Assembly (NCBI GenBank): GCA_964016885.1 | Contig: OZ024740.1 | Span: forward strand, 377,890,001-377,954,000 | Reading direction: 5' to 3' | DNA: 64,000 nucleotides | DNA from: Eledone cirrhosa | Lineage: Eukaryota | Part shown: piece by piece, positions 1 through 13,361 of the stretch | How the letters are laid out: each line of letters opens with the position of its first letter | How positions within the stretch are numbered: the first letter of the stretch is position 1 | Notes under the pieces: model-generated | What the model saw: only the letters and a program-made list of their open reading frames with translations | Database searches by the model: none | What the model was told of the DNA's origin: nothing | Made by a program: the position numbers and the translations under genes

Positions 1-1190
1 TAAAGTTGGCTTTGGTTGGATTTGAACTCAGAATGTAAAAGGCTGTTATAACACCAATTTTCTTAAAACTTGTTTAAATTAATGTGAATTTTAAAAATGT
101 TACTAAATTAGTGACATTTTGTCTGCAGTTTCAGACACAACATCATCAGTAAGTACTTAAAATACTAATTAATAAAATTTAGCTATCAAGTATTCTGAGC
201 ATTTGACATCTTTTGTACTTTTATTTGATGATAAAAAGAAAATCTGCCAATTTAGGTCAGTTGACTTTCATATACTGTACATATATTACCTATATCTTAC
301 TAGCCAGTAATGACTAATTCTGACATGAGCTAGGTGTACGCTATCAAGATATGTCTTCCTTGACAACCCAATGGAATCAGCCAGTTAGCATAAAAATAGA
401 TAAGCACCAATTTAAATACTATTTGACATAGTGATGATATTTAAAAAAAACTATGATTTTTTTTTCTTCTTCCATTTTTCCTTTTTATTTAAACAAATAC
501 CTGCTGTTGTTTCTTTTATTATCAGTTGAAATAGTTCCACTTGGATTTTAGACACCGATCAATTGGCCTAGTTTGTATGAGTCATCTTTTAAGATATATC
601 TGTTTTCTTATAGCATTGCTTACAGTGTTTCCATGATCTCATTGTCTTTCGTTTCTAAGTGGCGGAAGAATGCAGAAGGTTTTTGTATGAATGTTTACTC
701 TGAAAAATGAAGGAATGTCAATTCAAATGTGTAATTGTATTGCATGTCCAAACAAGCACAATTGCTTCTCCTATACTCCTCTTACAATTTTTTTTATTCC
801 CCTTAGTTTAATTTGAACTCAGTCTTACTTGTAAATTAATGTTGCACATCTCACAAATCATACTCGGTTCATCCCCCTTCAGTTAGGGAATATCTTTTGC
901 ATTCATTTGCCATATTTTGCTGCCATATTGCATTAAATTTTAGATACACACAATGTATAATGTATTTACCTTTTGCTCAGAGTAACAACTGCCCCAATTA
1001 GTTTTTCAATGGTGTTCACTCCCAAGCCACTATATACTTTCACTATAAATAATTTAAGCACTAATTACATCATCTATAAAGCATAACTTAATCTACTACT
1101 TCTAGGGTGCCACTCTTCCTTTTCATAATTGAACAGATACTATAAGAAGTCCAATCTAAAATACTAGCTCCCTGCTTGTCTGTACCTTTT

Positions 1191-1379
1191 GAGTGGATTG
1201 AAAGTATTGGTAGAGCCACAAACACCATGTTTTGCAGCATAGTTATGGCCTTTTATGTTCTGAGTTCAATTCCCACTGAGGTTAACTTTGCCTTTCATCC
1301 TTACGAGGTCGATAAAATAAAACACCAGTAATGCACTGGGACAATTGCTGGCCTTGTGCCTAAAGTAGAAACAATTATT
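1191..1379 (+). mobile_element. tRNA-derived SINE (family S1)
   Basis: Degenerate A box, B box (GAGTTCAATTCC), central GCCTTTCATCCTTACGAGGTCGATAAAATAA block and GTAGAAACAATTATT tail; more than 10 related copies in the window. Confidence 0.85.
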
Positions 1380-1418
1380 TACACTGGCTAACTGTCTAAC
1401 CCATGCAAGTGGACATTA

Positions 1419-1610
1419 AATAATTGTTTCTATTTTAGGCACAAGGCCAGCAATTACTCAGTGCATTACTGGTACTTTATTTTATCGACCCCGTAAGGAT
1501 GAAAGGCAAAGTTAACCTCGGCAGGATTTGAACTCAGATCAGAAAGGGGCGTAACTCTGTGCTACAAAGCATGTTGTCCGACCCTTTACCGATACTGCCA
1601 AACCACCACC
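1419..1610 (-). mobile_element. tRNA-derived SINE S1 with 19-bp target-site duplication
   Basis: Reverse complement has A box TGGCAGTATCGG and B box GAGTTCAAATCC; CAAGTGGACATTAAATAAT at 1406-1424 and 1610-1628. Confidence 0.9.
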
Positions 1611-3506
1611 AAGTGGACATTAAATAATGAGGACTATGCATCTTACTCCCTTCACACATATTCAACAAGTCTACTTCTTTTATACTACTAGGCTTCAATG
1701 GGTTGAAATTAACTTAATATGATGATCTAGTATATAGTCTTTTAGACAACATAATTCTAATTATTTGTCATCACATTCAAATATAAGACTGAACCTCAAA
1801 ATCAACTACCTGCATGGACCTGCTTACATTTCAACTTGAAGTGTTTTGTTTATCACCTGTTACTTCTAATTTATATTTGTCTTCTGACATTTTAACTTCC
1901 TAATTGCTTGTGTCTCTAGTTGTATTGCTTGATACCTTCTATTTGTTATAGTCAACAAGTTTTTTTCTTTTCTTGGATTTCTGTAGTAAAGTAGGATTAA
2001 ATGTGATATGTGATGCCTTCTACTGACATCTGTCTTGTTAGCTTTCTCTTTATGTGATTAACCTCCCCATCTTTCTAATTAGCTCTTTTTAGTAATGCCA
2101 GATAACTTGGTAATTAACCTGTTTTAGTACATTTCTATACAAGCCTATTGTCATGTAGTGTTCAGTACTATCTGAAGATGATTTTATAACACCGCAATAA
2201 ATTGAGATACTCATAGAGTACATCTCTTTATAATCTTTTTCCTTCTGGCATTCTTTTAATCCTTAGTTACTCAACATATGGGTTTTAATGCTGACTTTCT
2301 ACATTTAAAATGTTAGTTTTGCCATCTTAGTTCGTTTTAGAATAGACACTGAATGTTATGCCTACAGATATACAATTATTAATTTATTTTGAAAAGTTGA
2401 GGTTGATTTAAAGTATTTCATGTGTTTTGTTCAGTCTTTTGCTGTTTATTTTTAAAATAAATAAAACTGTTTCATTGCCCAAATTGTAGTAGTTATGAAG
2501 GAAGATAAGAGAATATTCTCAATATCAAATTTTGTTTTACATTATAAAAGTTTGATGTCTAGCTTGTTAATAATTATATTTTGCTAAATAAGATTGTAAA
2601 CCATTTTTTTGACACTGGAAATTTTATTTTTATTTTTTAGATAATAGCTTGGTTTTTTCTTAATGAATGAAAATGAAATGTGTTTATCATTTAACTTTTG
2701 TCTTTTTCTATCCAGCTATGTTTTGTAGTTCATTCTAGTATTTTACATTCCTTTCTTAAATCCAAAGAATATATATTTTATTTTTACTATCAGGTATAAT
2801 GATATACTGACCTTCTTTTTTGCCTTATTCACATGAACATTGCAATAGGAGTATGTATGATACACTACCTCATCATATTAATGGCAGTAGCAAGCTATTA
2901 AAATCAAATTGACCATCTAATACTTCACATATTTCTGTCATTTCCTTTGAAACCTCTTTTCAGGTATTTTGTAACCTACTCAGATTCTCTTGAAATTCTA
3001 TCTTCAGGCTGTAAATCTAAACTTACATCTTATGCTCGGCATTTTTGATTTTATTTCTGATTTTGTTATACCTGTTTTCGTAAATCATACAAATTTACTC
3101 AAATGATGTGTCCTATTAATATGACAGCAGTCTGTGACATTTTGAATTTTCAGTAGCAAACAGGAAGTTTGATATTTGTATTTCCTCAATTGCTCATTTG
3201 CAGTGAATCTTGATAGCACTATGCAGTTGTACATTAGTCATTTTTATATTCAGTGATATTGACTTTGTTTAAAATTACCATTATCTATTAATTTTGGTTT
3301 AATTTATGAATTCACAGAAGCTAAAGAAAATTTTTGAAATGTTTCTTACTATATATTGTCATCATGAATATTTCTGGCTACTTACAAATTTCATACTGTA
3401 CCTATATCTGAAACTTCTTCCATTATTTTAACCCATTTGTTACCAACCCAGCCAAAATTGGTTCTGGTTCTATGAAACAAGACCATCCATTTCAATGAGT
3501 TCCTAT

Positions 3507-3724
3507 TTAACCGTTTAGTGTTAAAACTGGCCACAATTCTCTACCTCTTTCTGTTGAAATTGGCCATAACTGGTCGCTCAAACTGATGTTAAGGTATTGT
3601 TCTCAAAATAAATACTTTCAAAATCTCATATATTCGACATTATGTGAGATAATTATGTGAGGTAAAGCCTTTACCATGAAAATATAATAGTATATATAAA
3701 ATAATGTGAATGCTAAAGGGTTAA
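3507..3724. mobile_element. TTAA-flanked MITE nested in the previous element
   Basis: TTAACCGTTTAG...CTAAAGGGTTAA terminal inverted repeats; second copy in reverse orientation at 37069-37270. Confidence 0.7.
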
Positions 3725-3810
3725 ATTGTAATCTTCAAATTTAATTTGATATAAGAACTATATGTTAAGTTATTTTAGTAATGAAATAATTCATCATTAA
3801 TTAATTGAAA

Positions 3811-4204
3811 GGGCGGTTGATTTGGCAGAATCGGTAGAGCGTCGGAAAACATGCTTAATCACATAGTTATGTCCCTTTGCGTTCTGAGTTTAAATCCTGC
3901 CGAGGTTAGCTTTGCCTTTCTTCCTTACGGAGTTAAAATAAAGTACCAGTAATACACTGGGGTCGATTTAATTGACTTTACCCTCCCTCAAAATTGTTGA
4001 ACTTGTGCCTAAATCAGAAATCATTTGGCAGTATCGGTAGAGGGTTGGACACCATGCTTTCCAGCATAGTTACGTCCCTTTACGATCTGAGTTCAAATCC
4101 CGCTGAGGTTGACTTTGCCTTTCATCCTTACGGGGTCGATAAAATAAAGTACCAGTAATGCACTGGGTAATTGCTGGCCTTGTGCCTAAAGTAGAAACAA
4201 TTAA
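3811..4204 (+). mobile_element. Head-to-tail SINE S1 dimer with a shared 15-bp TSD
   Basis: Two A/B-box units (3811-4024, 4025-4204); ATTAATTAATTGAAA at 3796-3810 and 4200-4214. Confidence 0.85.
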
Positions 4205-4499
4205 TTAATTGAAATAGAGTATATTTCATTAGAGATACACACAAAAGCATTAATGGATAGTATATAAACTATTTTGGTTGTCCATGGAAGAAGGTCATGG
4301 AGAGATGTTGCATTTAAATTTAAAACACTTGATAATCTATATTTCTGAAGATTGACATTGAGTTGGTATGACTATTCAATGTGGAATAATTAAAACACAT
4401 TTGCATCCATTTCAAATGGTGGTATGACTTATATATGTTGCTAACTTTGAGGAGGAGGAAGAGTTCAAATTATTGTGTAACCCCAGATAAAGTCTGTTT

Positions 4500-5700
4500 G
4501 AGCAGTCCTATGGCCTGCACGTAATTAGCAGATCAATTAGGCACAACTCACAGATCCGTTATTCTAGTTACACCAATCTGTGCTTATAATTTGTGGCATG
4601 CATCTCAACAGAGTGTTTGGGACTAATGCCACCATTGATAATGTGGCTATTCCTGTAGGTATGTGATGTATGTTTTTGTGTTTGTCTGGACTAAGTGGGA
4701 GAGATAGTGTTTTTAACATGCTGTTGAAGTATTCTGGTAGTGTAGGAGAGTTGTATATGTTTGTCTGGGTGTTTGGAAGTGATTTTTTTATATAGTACTG
4801 GGTACTATGGCAGCAACAAACAAATACTCTTTGCATGTAATTTTTAATATTTTAGTTTTGTTGTGTAGATTGTCTTTGTTCAACCTGTGATGATGCATAA
4901 TGGGCTGTTTTGTGTTCTTTGCTGTTTGTTGGAGAAAGATTGAGGACCAAGATAGACATGACATGAGGAATTTAACATTTTCATTTCCATCTCTTTAACA
5001 AAAGATATTGCCTATTATTTTCAAATCATTTTCAAAATTTCAAGAAATTGGAAGGATTTTGTAACATTACTAACTTTTTTGTGAAGATAATAGTTGGAAC
5101 ATAACTTAATGAAGGTTCTTACTTAAAATTGTGATGGAATGTTTTTTTTAGATATACATAAACACTTTGAAATAAATAGTTTAGTATCATAGAATCAGTG
5201 ACAGTTTCAGGCAGTTGGGTATATAAAAAAAAATATTGTTTTTACATGCTTGCTGTTGTTTATTATTTCTGTTGGTCTAGTGTAGTACCTGTAAGTGCCT
5301 TAAGTATGTTTGTGTGTCGTTTTGCTTTCATTACTACCTTCTTATGTGTGGTGTGAATGTTGTGGAGATGTTTAAAACTCCTCACGTTTCTATCTTCTGT
5401 GTGAGGGTTTTATGTTTTTGTTTCATGGTTGGTTGTATTTTATATTCTTTGATGATACTGGTAATAAGGGAGACTGTGGTTTTGATACATGCTTGTTGTT
5501 TGGGAACTAGGTAAGTAGGTGATTGGTGTAGTAGATGTGTGGAGGTTACATCTTCATTTTGGAGAAATGTGTGAAGATTTTCTAGGTATAGGTTAAAAAG
5601 AATGGGTGAAAGGGCAGATCATTATGGTACTACATTCAGGAAATTGCAGGTTGTGGAAATGTTATTTATTGTACATTACATTACAAATTTAGTCTGCATT
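4500..5700 (-). pseudogene. Highly decayed non-LTR retrotransposon RT remnant
   Basis: Minus strand near 5580-5632 translates to VP**SALSPILFNLYL (GVPQGSxLSPxLF motif); LKALTGTTLDQQK near 5265-5305; boundaries approximate. Confidence 0.45.
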
Positions 5701-7437
5701 TTGCAAGGAAAATACATGTAAAATGATGTTTATTAGAGAAATAAAATTATAGTAAATTATAAGTAACCTACAGTGGGGATGAATTAGATTATAACAAACT
5801 ACAGTGCAGGTTAAATGAAAGTATCATTCTAACAAAGGAAGCATAAAAGTACTTTGTCAACTCCTACACTCATACACACTCCATTGCCAACAACTGTCAT
5901 GGGTGAATTGAGTTCAAATTATTGTTGAAGGTATGTTCAAAGCATGACATATCCATACACACACACACACAATGTTATTTTAAGTAATATAAGATATCAT
6001 TTTCATTTTACATCCGCTTTCTATGCTGTCATGCGTTGAAAGGGTCATCATGGTTGAAATGATTTTTATTTGGAGCTACTGCTCTTAAAAAGAAAAAATA
6101 TATATATCCACAACTGATCTGGACTAGTATATTCTGGAATTGTCTGGCTAACTTCAAAATCTTGCCGAACACCTGATAACGTGGTGCTGAAAACACAGCA
6201 CAATGATTAAACTATCTGCATTATGGACTCGTTAGATTGCTTACCTTGAGTTATATGTATATTTCTGTGTATACTCAGTTTAGAATAGGTACACCAAATC
6301 CCTGGATGTCATGAGCGACAATTAAAAGAGTTGGCACCAAGAAAGACATCCGGCTATAAAACATTACCTCCCAAAGGACTCCATGATCAATATGAAGTCT
6401 ATCATGGGACCTGCAGGGAAAATAGCCTTATAATGCTCGTTAGTGTATGTGTGAGTGGGAATAGGTTGTATGTATATTTGTGTGCTTTTTCTCAAAAATG
6501 TTTTTTTTTTTTTTTTTTTTTTTTTTCTCCATTCCTTCCTCATCTCACTCTATCTTTCTATTTCATCTTTTATTTATTATTCTATCTTCTGATGAAGGAC
6601 TAGTTTCCAAAACAGGCTCTTTTCCTACTATATCAAGCGTTAAACTAATATATTTCTTCACAGTACTGTGTTGTTTGCTTTGTTGTTTCCATTTACTTTT
6701 TGCACACACACACACACACATACACACACACACACAGTGTAAATATTGTTGGTGTCAGGAAGGACATCCAGACATAGATACCAAGCTAAAATCAGTTCTG
6801 TATGAGCAAGACATGGTCATCTGATCTGGCTTGTCTCACAATGGTACAGCTAGTCTAACCTATGCTAGCATGGAAAAAATGGACGTTAAATGGTGGTGGT
6901 GGTGGTGGAGGTATAGTTTCCATTTCCCAAAGTTCATTCATTCATAAGGGTAACATCTTCAATCATAAACTCAAGTTGACCAAAGTACTACACTGTGGTC
7001 AAATCTAGAATCATGTGGCTGTAAAGTAAACTTCTTAACCTCCCAACCATACTTGTTTAATGTTTCTGTACTTTAATATCAAGTATTAATATTGATTTTA
7101 AATATATTTCTGTAAAACATTTTAAAATTTGAGTTTGATTTTATTTTCCTATTACCCATTTTGCATGATTGATTATAAGCTGGTATTTTTCTCTAATCTA
7201 ATTCCTATATAGATATACAATGATGCAATTGGATTATCTTGCCATCATATCCTAATGGGATTATTACTCAATCAGAATCCACTTTGCTGGACAGTTGTTT
7301 TTGTTTGTTTTATTTTCAAAGTGAATTGTAATGCTGAACAATATCAAACTGCATTAATCTGTTTGTGACACTGGGAATGATGCCAGCTTTACAATACTAA
7401 TTGATGCCTGCTGATTTCAGTGGCAACTGGCATTACC

Positions 7438-7656
7438 TTAACTTTCAATGTCCTGTACCACATGAAACCACATTAGCAAGCCATTCTTGACAAGTACAAA
7501 ACAACACTGACTGCATCACATAAAAAATTGGTCTTTTTATTTTAGTTTACAGCAAATTCTTACAAACAATCCATTAAAAATACTATAAACATTTGAATTA
7601 ACAAACTCGTTTTTAGACATTTTCCACTCAATCATTGTTGGGTGTTAAGAGTTTAA
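7438..7656. mobile_element. TTAA-bounded dispersed ~200-bp repeat (MITE-like)
   Basis: Homologous to 13175-13361 and 16116-16332 (shared CCACATGAA...TAGTTTAC...AAACATTTGAAT...AATCATT). Confidence 0.65.
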
Positions 7657-9929
7657 AGCATAAATGCATTTTATTTATAGAAGAAATAAGATACATTCTC
7701 CCATTTCTTTCTTTTTTATTATTTCGAAAGTGCTCTTTTTTAACAGTTTATGAAGTAGTAGTTTATTTAGTCCTCTTTTACGCAGACAGAACTGAGACCT
7801 AACATCAACTTAGAAAATGACTTACATTCCCAACAAAACATACTGGTGCAAAACAAGAATATTTTTCATGGATAATTTGTTCTTGAAAAGCAAAGTTATT
7901 TTCTTTTATCAGATTTTCAATTACTATCATGAATTATTTGGTGATAAATTATCTAGAATTACATAATGTTATTACCCCTCCCCACCCAAATATACGATTG
8001 ATCTCTTACAAGGTCTGTTTAGAACCTCTGTACTCTTTATATGTTGTTAATTTGTTATTAACAGATTGAGAATAAAAGGCTGCTATATCTCCTGGAAAGC
8101 AAATACAAGTGTTGTGAACCTTGTTTATATATCACATTCTTTCCACTATGACCTTGACCTATGTAAATCTGTTTTGTTCCTTGTTTTTCTATTTAGAAAT
8201 TAGATAAGTTCAGGATTATGCATCAATTTGATCACATAAGTAAATGTTTAATGAGAGCATGTTATACTTGTAAAATGATAGTAATTATATTTATTATATT
8301 TCCATATGCTGTCATCATGAATTGAATGGGTAAAGTACTTAGTGTAGCATCTTGACTTTTTTTTTTTTTTTTTTACTGAAATCACAAACTTCCTGTTTGA
8401 TTTCTGAATTCTAAGTTTACATAGCACATGCCCTTCTGAGTTGTTTTTGTGGCTGCTGCTGTTATGCAGTTAGGTTATATAAGCTATAACAAAATAACAT
8501 AGAAGAGAGTTTTAAGAAGGAGGGATGTAGACATTATGAATATAAGGGAATTATAAATACTTTTCAGAAAAATTTCTAATTAAAGTTTTTATTTATTATT
8601 ATATCCGAGGAAAAAAGTCATTTTGTGGGTTTCTTTAAAGTTGAATATAATTAATTTGGATTACTTTCTGTTGGCTATGGAAAAGAATTTGTTAGGAAAC
8701 TAATACAATCTTTTCTGAATTATTTATAAAATGTTTATCAATATACATCTCCTATTTCCTTCAATAAATCATCTGGCTGTTGTTAAACTTAGCTAAAATG
8801 AATATTGGTTCAACAAATAACTAAATCCAATCAAAAGGGTCTGTGGATCATATATATTTGTGTAACAATAGCTAGGTTTTCAGGTTCTCACAGTTAATGA
8901 CCTGTTTGTCAAGAGAAGCTGAGACTAAGAACATTGCCTACAGTAGAATCATACAGAATGAGTCATGAAATAGGGAAACATTACAAGAAATAAAAGCAGC
9001 ATTGTCAGTCTTCTTCCCACCTCTATATACATTGAAAGGTTTGTGCGACCAAATCATCAAACAATAGATGTAAATGAAAACTGCAAACAATTCTGATACC
9101 AAGCCAGACATCAATATCAATGTTTTTAATGTATGCTACTATGCATTAGCGACAAATGTGCAGGTGTATGATTTCATGCATATACAGAAATTCTATTGGT
9201 CCTTATTCTAAGCTTACTTTATTGTTCTTCTCTTGGGCGTGTCTTCAACTCCCTCCTTTCCTTCCATCAGCTCATGTCACTTGTGCGTGCACACACACAC
9301 ACACACACACACAGAGGCTTTTGTTCTTCGGTTGGTCTTGGAACACTTTTTTTTGTTTCACTTCCCTCTAAAGTTGCATAAAACAAACTGTTTACAGATC
9401 CAACCAAAGTTATTAGCATTCTTGATCCTATTATACTGTAATGACATGATACTTCAATTTTATCAAAATGAGTATATTATAAAGTAAAATTTGCCAAAAA
9501 AAATTTGTTTTTAATATTGACTGGAAAAAAAAAAAAAAAAAGAAATATTAGAATTATTGTATTAAATGCATACTGTTATGACTTTGAGGTCAACTTAGTC
9601 TTTCATCCATTCAAAGTCAATAAAAAAAAGTACCAGTCTAGTACTGAGGTTGATTCTTCCTCTATATCTCTTTGTCATTTCTTCTCTCTCACTTTCTATC
9701 CTTCTCTGGAAGAAATCTGCTTCAGACCTGGAGAGGGGATAGGCTCTGCCAAGCTTTAAAAAGGCCCACTATGGCACCCCTATGACTCCATCAGGAGTTA
9801 CAGGACCTTTACGACTTAGCAGTGAACATGTAGGTGTATGTTTTCATGCATGTACAAAGATTATGTTGCTTCTTATCTTATTTAAGAAGAACTAGATTAA
9901 TCCTAGACATGAAACCTATCAGACATAAT

Positions 9930-10530
9930 ATCATCATCATCATCATTTTAACGTCTGCTTTCCCGCCTAGCAAGTATTGGACAGGTCCATACAGACCAAG
10001 TCAGTACTGAAGTGGAGCCACTGATCTCTCAAGCAGGCCAGGGATCTGTGTCTTGCTTATATACCGTCTCATATTCCACCGAGTGCCCAGGAAAGGTTGT
10101 CATGCTTTTAACATAACTGAGTCTTCTCAACCCTTTGTTTAGCAAGCTTTCTATGGCTGGATGCCCTTCCTATCAGCAACCACTTTACATAGTGTACTGG
10201 GTATGTTTATCATGTAAATCACCATAACTAGGGCGGTTGTTAGGTCCTTGACACAACTGAAGGGTCCTCCCAACCCTTTATCTGGAAATTTTTCTATGGC
10301 TGAATGCCCTTCCTATCACTAACCACTTTACAGCATGTACTGGATGCATTTATTGTGTAGATCACCAAACACTAGGCAGGCTATCATGTCCATGCCATGA
10401 CTGAAGGGTCCTCCTGACACTTTGTTTGTTTGGTGAAGGTGTGTAGGGAGAGGTTGAAGGAGTGCTAGTGGAAGTGGGGGTAGGTCTGGTCACATTGTAT
10501 GCTGCAGGTCAGGTCTTCTTTAACACTGCA
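9930..10530 (-). mobile_element. Old RTE LINE 3' end remnant with an internal duplication
   Basis: (CAT)n tail followed by TTTTAACGTC; the TTCTATGGCTG..ATGCCCTTCCTA module appears twice. Confidence 0.6.
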
Positions 10531-11766
10531 TAGCACCAGCCTTCTCAAACTTTAGTCAGTTCTGTTTAAAGTTTAGCTTTTTAAGGTCAGTATTTACATC
10601 CTCATACATGGAAGAGGCAGACCCCTGTCTTCCTGGGTCTGTTTCATCCATGGGTCCAGCCACTGGGGTTTCTCTGCATTTCTTTATGCAGCTGCTATCT
10701 TTCACGGCCATGTGTATATTTATTTGTATGATGCTTTTTTTTTCCAATTTAAAGTTGCAATGATATCCATCTGTAAATTCTATCTATTAGCTACATTTAT
10801 TCTCATATTCAAAATGTTATGACATAAGAGCTAATTTAGAGTGGCAATTTGTGTATTTAAGGGTGGTATATATGGGAAGCAATATTATTTAACTTGTGTT
10901 GTGAGTAAAGGGGTGGAGTTTTTTTCCCTCCAGAATGATATATCATTTCTATTTACTAGTGTAGCACTTAGACATCTGAGAAAATGCATCCGATGCCGAC
11001 AAGCACACACGTGTCTTTCCCAATTCATAAGGATCCATATGCCAATTGCTTGTTTCTAATCTTCTGTAGCATTAAGTAGATGAGAGATAAATCTTTCTCA
11101 AGATAGGATGTGGGTCTGTCATAAATAGCTTTTCTCATAGCATAACCTGAGTTCAGCACTGTGGGCCAATGAAATAGTCATCAATTCTTCAGTGATGTTG
11201 CTTACAGCTGTGAATTTTACTTCTACTTAAAGTTAAGTGAACTTCACCATTGAGCTCAATTTTTTTTTCTTTCTTTTTTTCTTTCTTTTTTTTTTTCTTA
11301 GATAGGGAGAACATTGACACAATGCAACACCAGAATTAGGATATGAATCATGAAGTCCTCAGCTGGTTGTTTTGCATCCTATTGACTTTAATAGTGCATA
11401 TACATATGAGATAATATGCCCATCAATTACGTTATGATTTACACAGAAACCACTGCCTTATAAGTAAATCTTTGTTAAAAGCTCTACAAACCTTGCCCTA
11501 ACATACAGCTGCATTCTTTTTGGTTCCTACCAGTGCTACAAGTACCTCCACTCTTCTGAAATAGCTGACTGTATACTTACTCCACATAAACTACTTGGGA
11601 CACTCATTTCTCATTCTCTTATCCTCTAATCCTTCTTTCTCAGAATTGCATTCTTTTGGATCTCTCAAACCCTTGGTCTGGTCACTCCTATCCCTCACCT
11701 TCAAAACTACTAAATCATTATTAGCTCCACTACTCTCACTCAGTCTGCATTTCTCTCTCAGAAATA

Positions 11767-11985
11767 ATAATAGTTTCTACTTTAGGCACAAGGCCAGCAA
11801 TTTGGAGGGAGTGGAAATTTGGTAATATTGGCCCCAATTCTTTACTGGTATTTTAATTTATCAACTCTGGAAGGGTGGAAAGCAAAGTTAACTTTGGCAT
11901 GATTTGAACTCAGAATGTAACCAGCCATAACTAAATGCTGCAAATCATTTTGTCTGATGCTCTAACAATTCTGCTAATCCACCAA
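11767..11985 (-). mobile_element. SINE S1 (diverged); a partial second copy follows at ~12003-12105
   Basis: GATTTGAACTCAG B box and GTTTCTACTTTAGGCACAAGGCCAGCAAT tail on the reverse strand. Confidence 0.75.
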
Positions 11986-13174
11986 TTTAATAATCTTAAT
12001 AATAATGGTTTCTGATTTAGTCACAAGGCCTACAATTTTATGGAGGGGAAAATCGATTAAATCAACCCAGTATGTTACTGGTACTATATTTTATCAACCC
12101 CATAAACATGACTATTAAAGCAATGGTAGATGCTTTATAATAAAGATATACTTATTCATAAAAACAGAATACTGCATGATAGTTTTGGGGCAGCAAATTG
12201 GTGAATGTGTGAGAGCATCAGTCAAAATATCTTGTAGTATATATTCTGGCCCCTTGCTTTCTGAGTTCAGATTCCACTAAGGTCAAATTTACCTTACACC
12301 TCTCTGAGGTTGATAAAGTATCAGCATTGGGCCGTGAACTAGAAAAATAGTTAAAGTGTCAAATAGGAGTCCAGTCTATTGAAAGCATTTGGGTAGGTGT
12401 CTGGTTTGAAGATACATTCCTCTCTATTCTACCAGTCTTGGCGGCCCTGAAAAGGGGTCAAGGATGCTCTTGACTAAGTGAAAAAAGAAATGGAAAATCA
12501 GTAGATAAATTAAATAATTAACTATTTGAACTAAATATATATATGAGAACAGATGTTCCTAAAGTAGCAATTATAGATTATTTTTCTAAGCTATAATGTT
12601 CATAAAATTGAATATATTAATTGTTTTCCACCAAAGATAATAATGCAGAGAATTGTGCCTTTAATGAAGCTGGTTTAGAATGAATATTTTTGGTATCCTC
12701 ATAGGTAGGTAAACAATGATAATTAAATGAAATATGATAATAAATCAGCACACCTGTTTTTTACTCAAAGAAGAAATACTGACCCCATAGTGGGCCTGGA
12801 ACCTGCATCTGACTTACATTGCTGCACCCTACCAATTATTCAGATTGTTAAAAATAATATATAAGACATAAAACTTCAAAGCTAATATGAGTGATATTTA
12901 ACATTGAATGGAAGGATCAGGCCAATTAGCATTGACTAAGATATTGTGTGTATATGTGTTTGAAGATAGATTAATTTTAGTCATAAAACATTGTTCAGTC
13001 TGTTGCTTTAATTTATTAAAACTGCATGCATATACATAAAACCAGCCCTAACCATATAGAAACTTTGAAATGTGAGTAGAAAATGTTACAACAGTTTCCT
13101 AAAGCTTGAGGTATTTTGTAGCAGTTATTATATAGCTTCAAGTGTCATTGAGTTTTTTATTTTTCAACAATTGA

Positions 13175-13361
13175 TTAACCCTTAATCCCTTGCACCACAT
13201 GAAACTACATTCACAAGATACAAAATTAAAGTTTTTACTTTAGTTTACTGCAAATGTTCACAACAATCTGTCCAATAGTAAAAAATATTGTAAACATTTG
13301 AATCAACATACTTATCTTTAGATATTTTCTGTGAAATCATTACAGAATGTTAAGAATTTAA
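13175..13361. mobile_element. Copy of the 7438-7656 MITE-like repeat
   Basis: Sequence similarity; TTAA at both ends. Confidence 0.6.

Larger units (their letters stand above)
3428..4260. mobile_element. TTAA-type (piggyBac-like) non-autonomous DNA element, interrupted by two insertions
   Basis: Starts TTAACCCATTTGTTACC; related copies at ~4993-5225, ~20473-20900, ~26860-27545 and ~33570-33765 (the last ends GAAAAGGTTAA); right boundary approximate. Confidence 0.55.
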
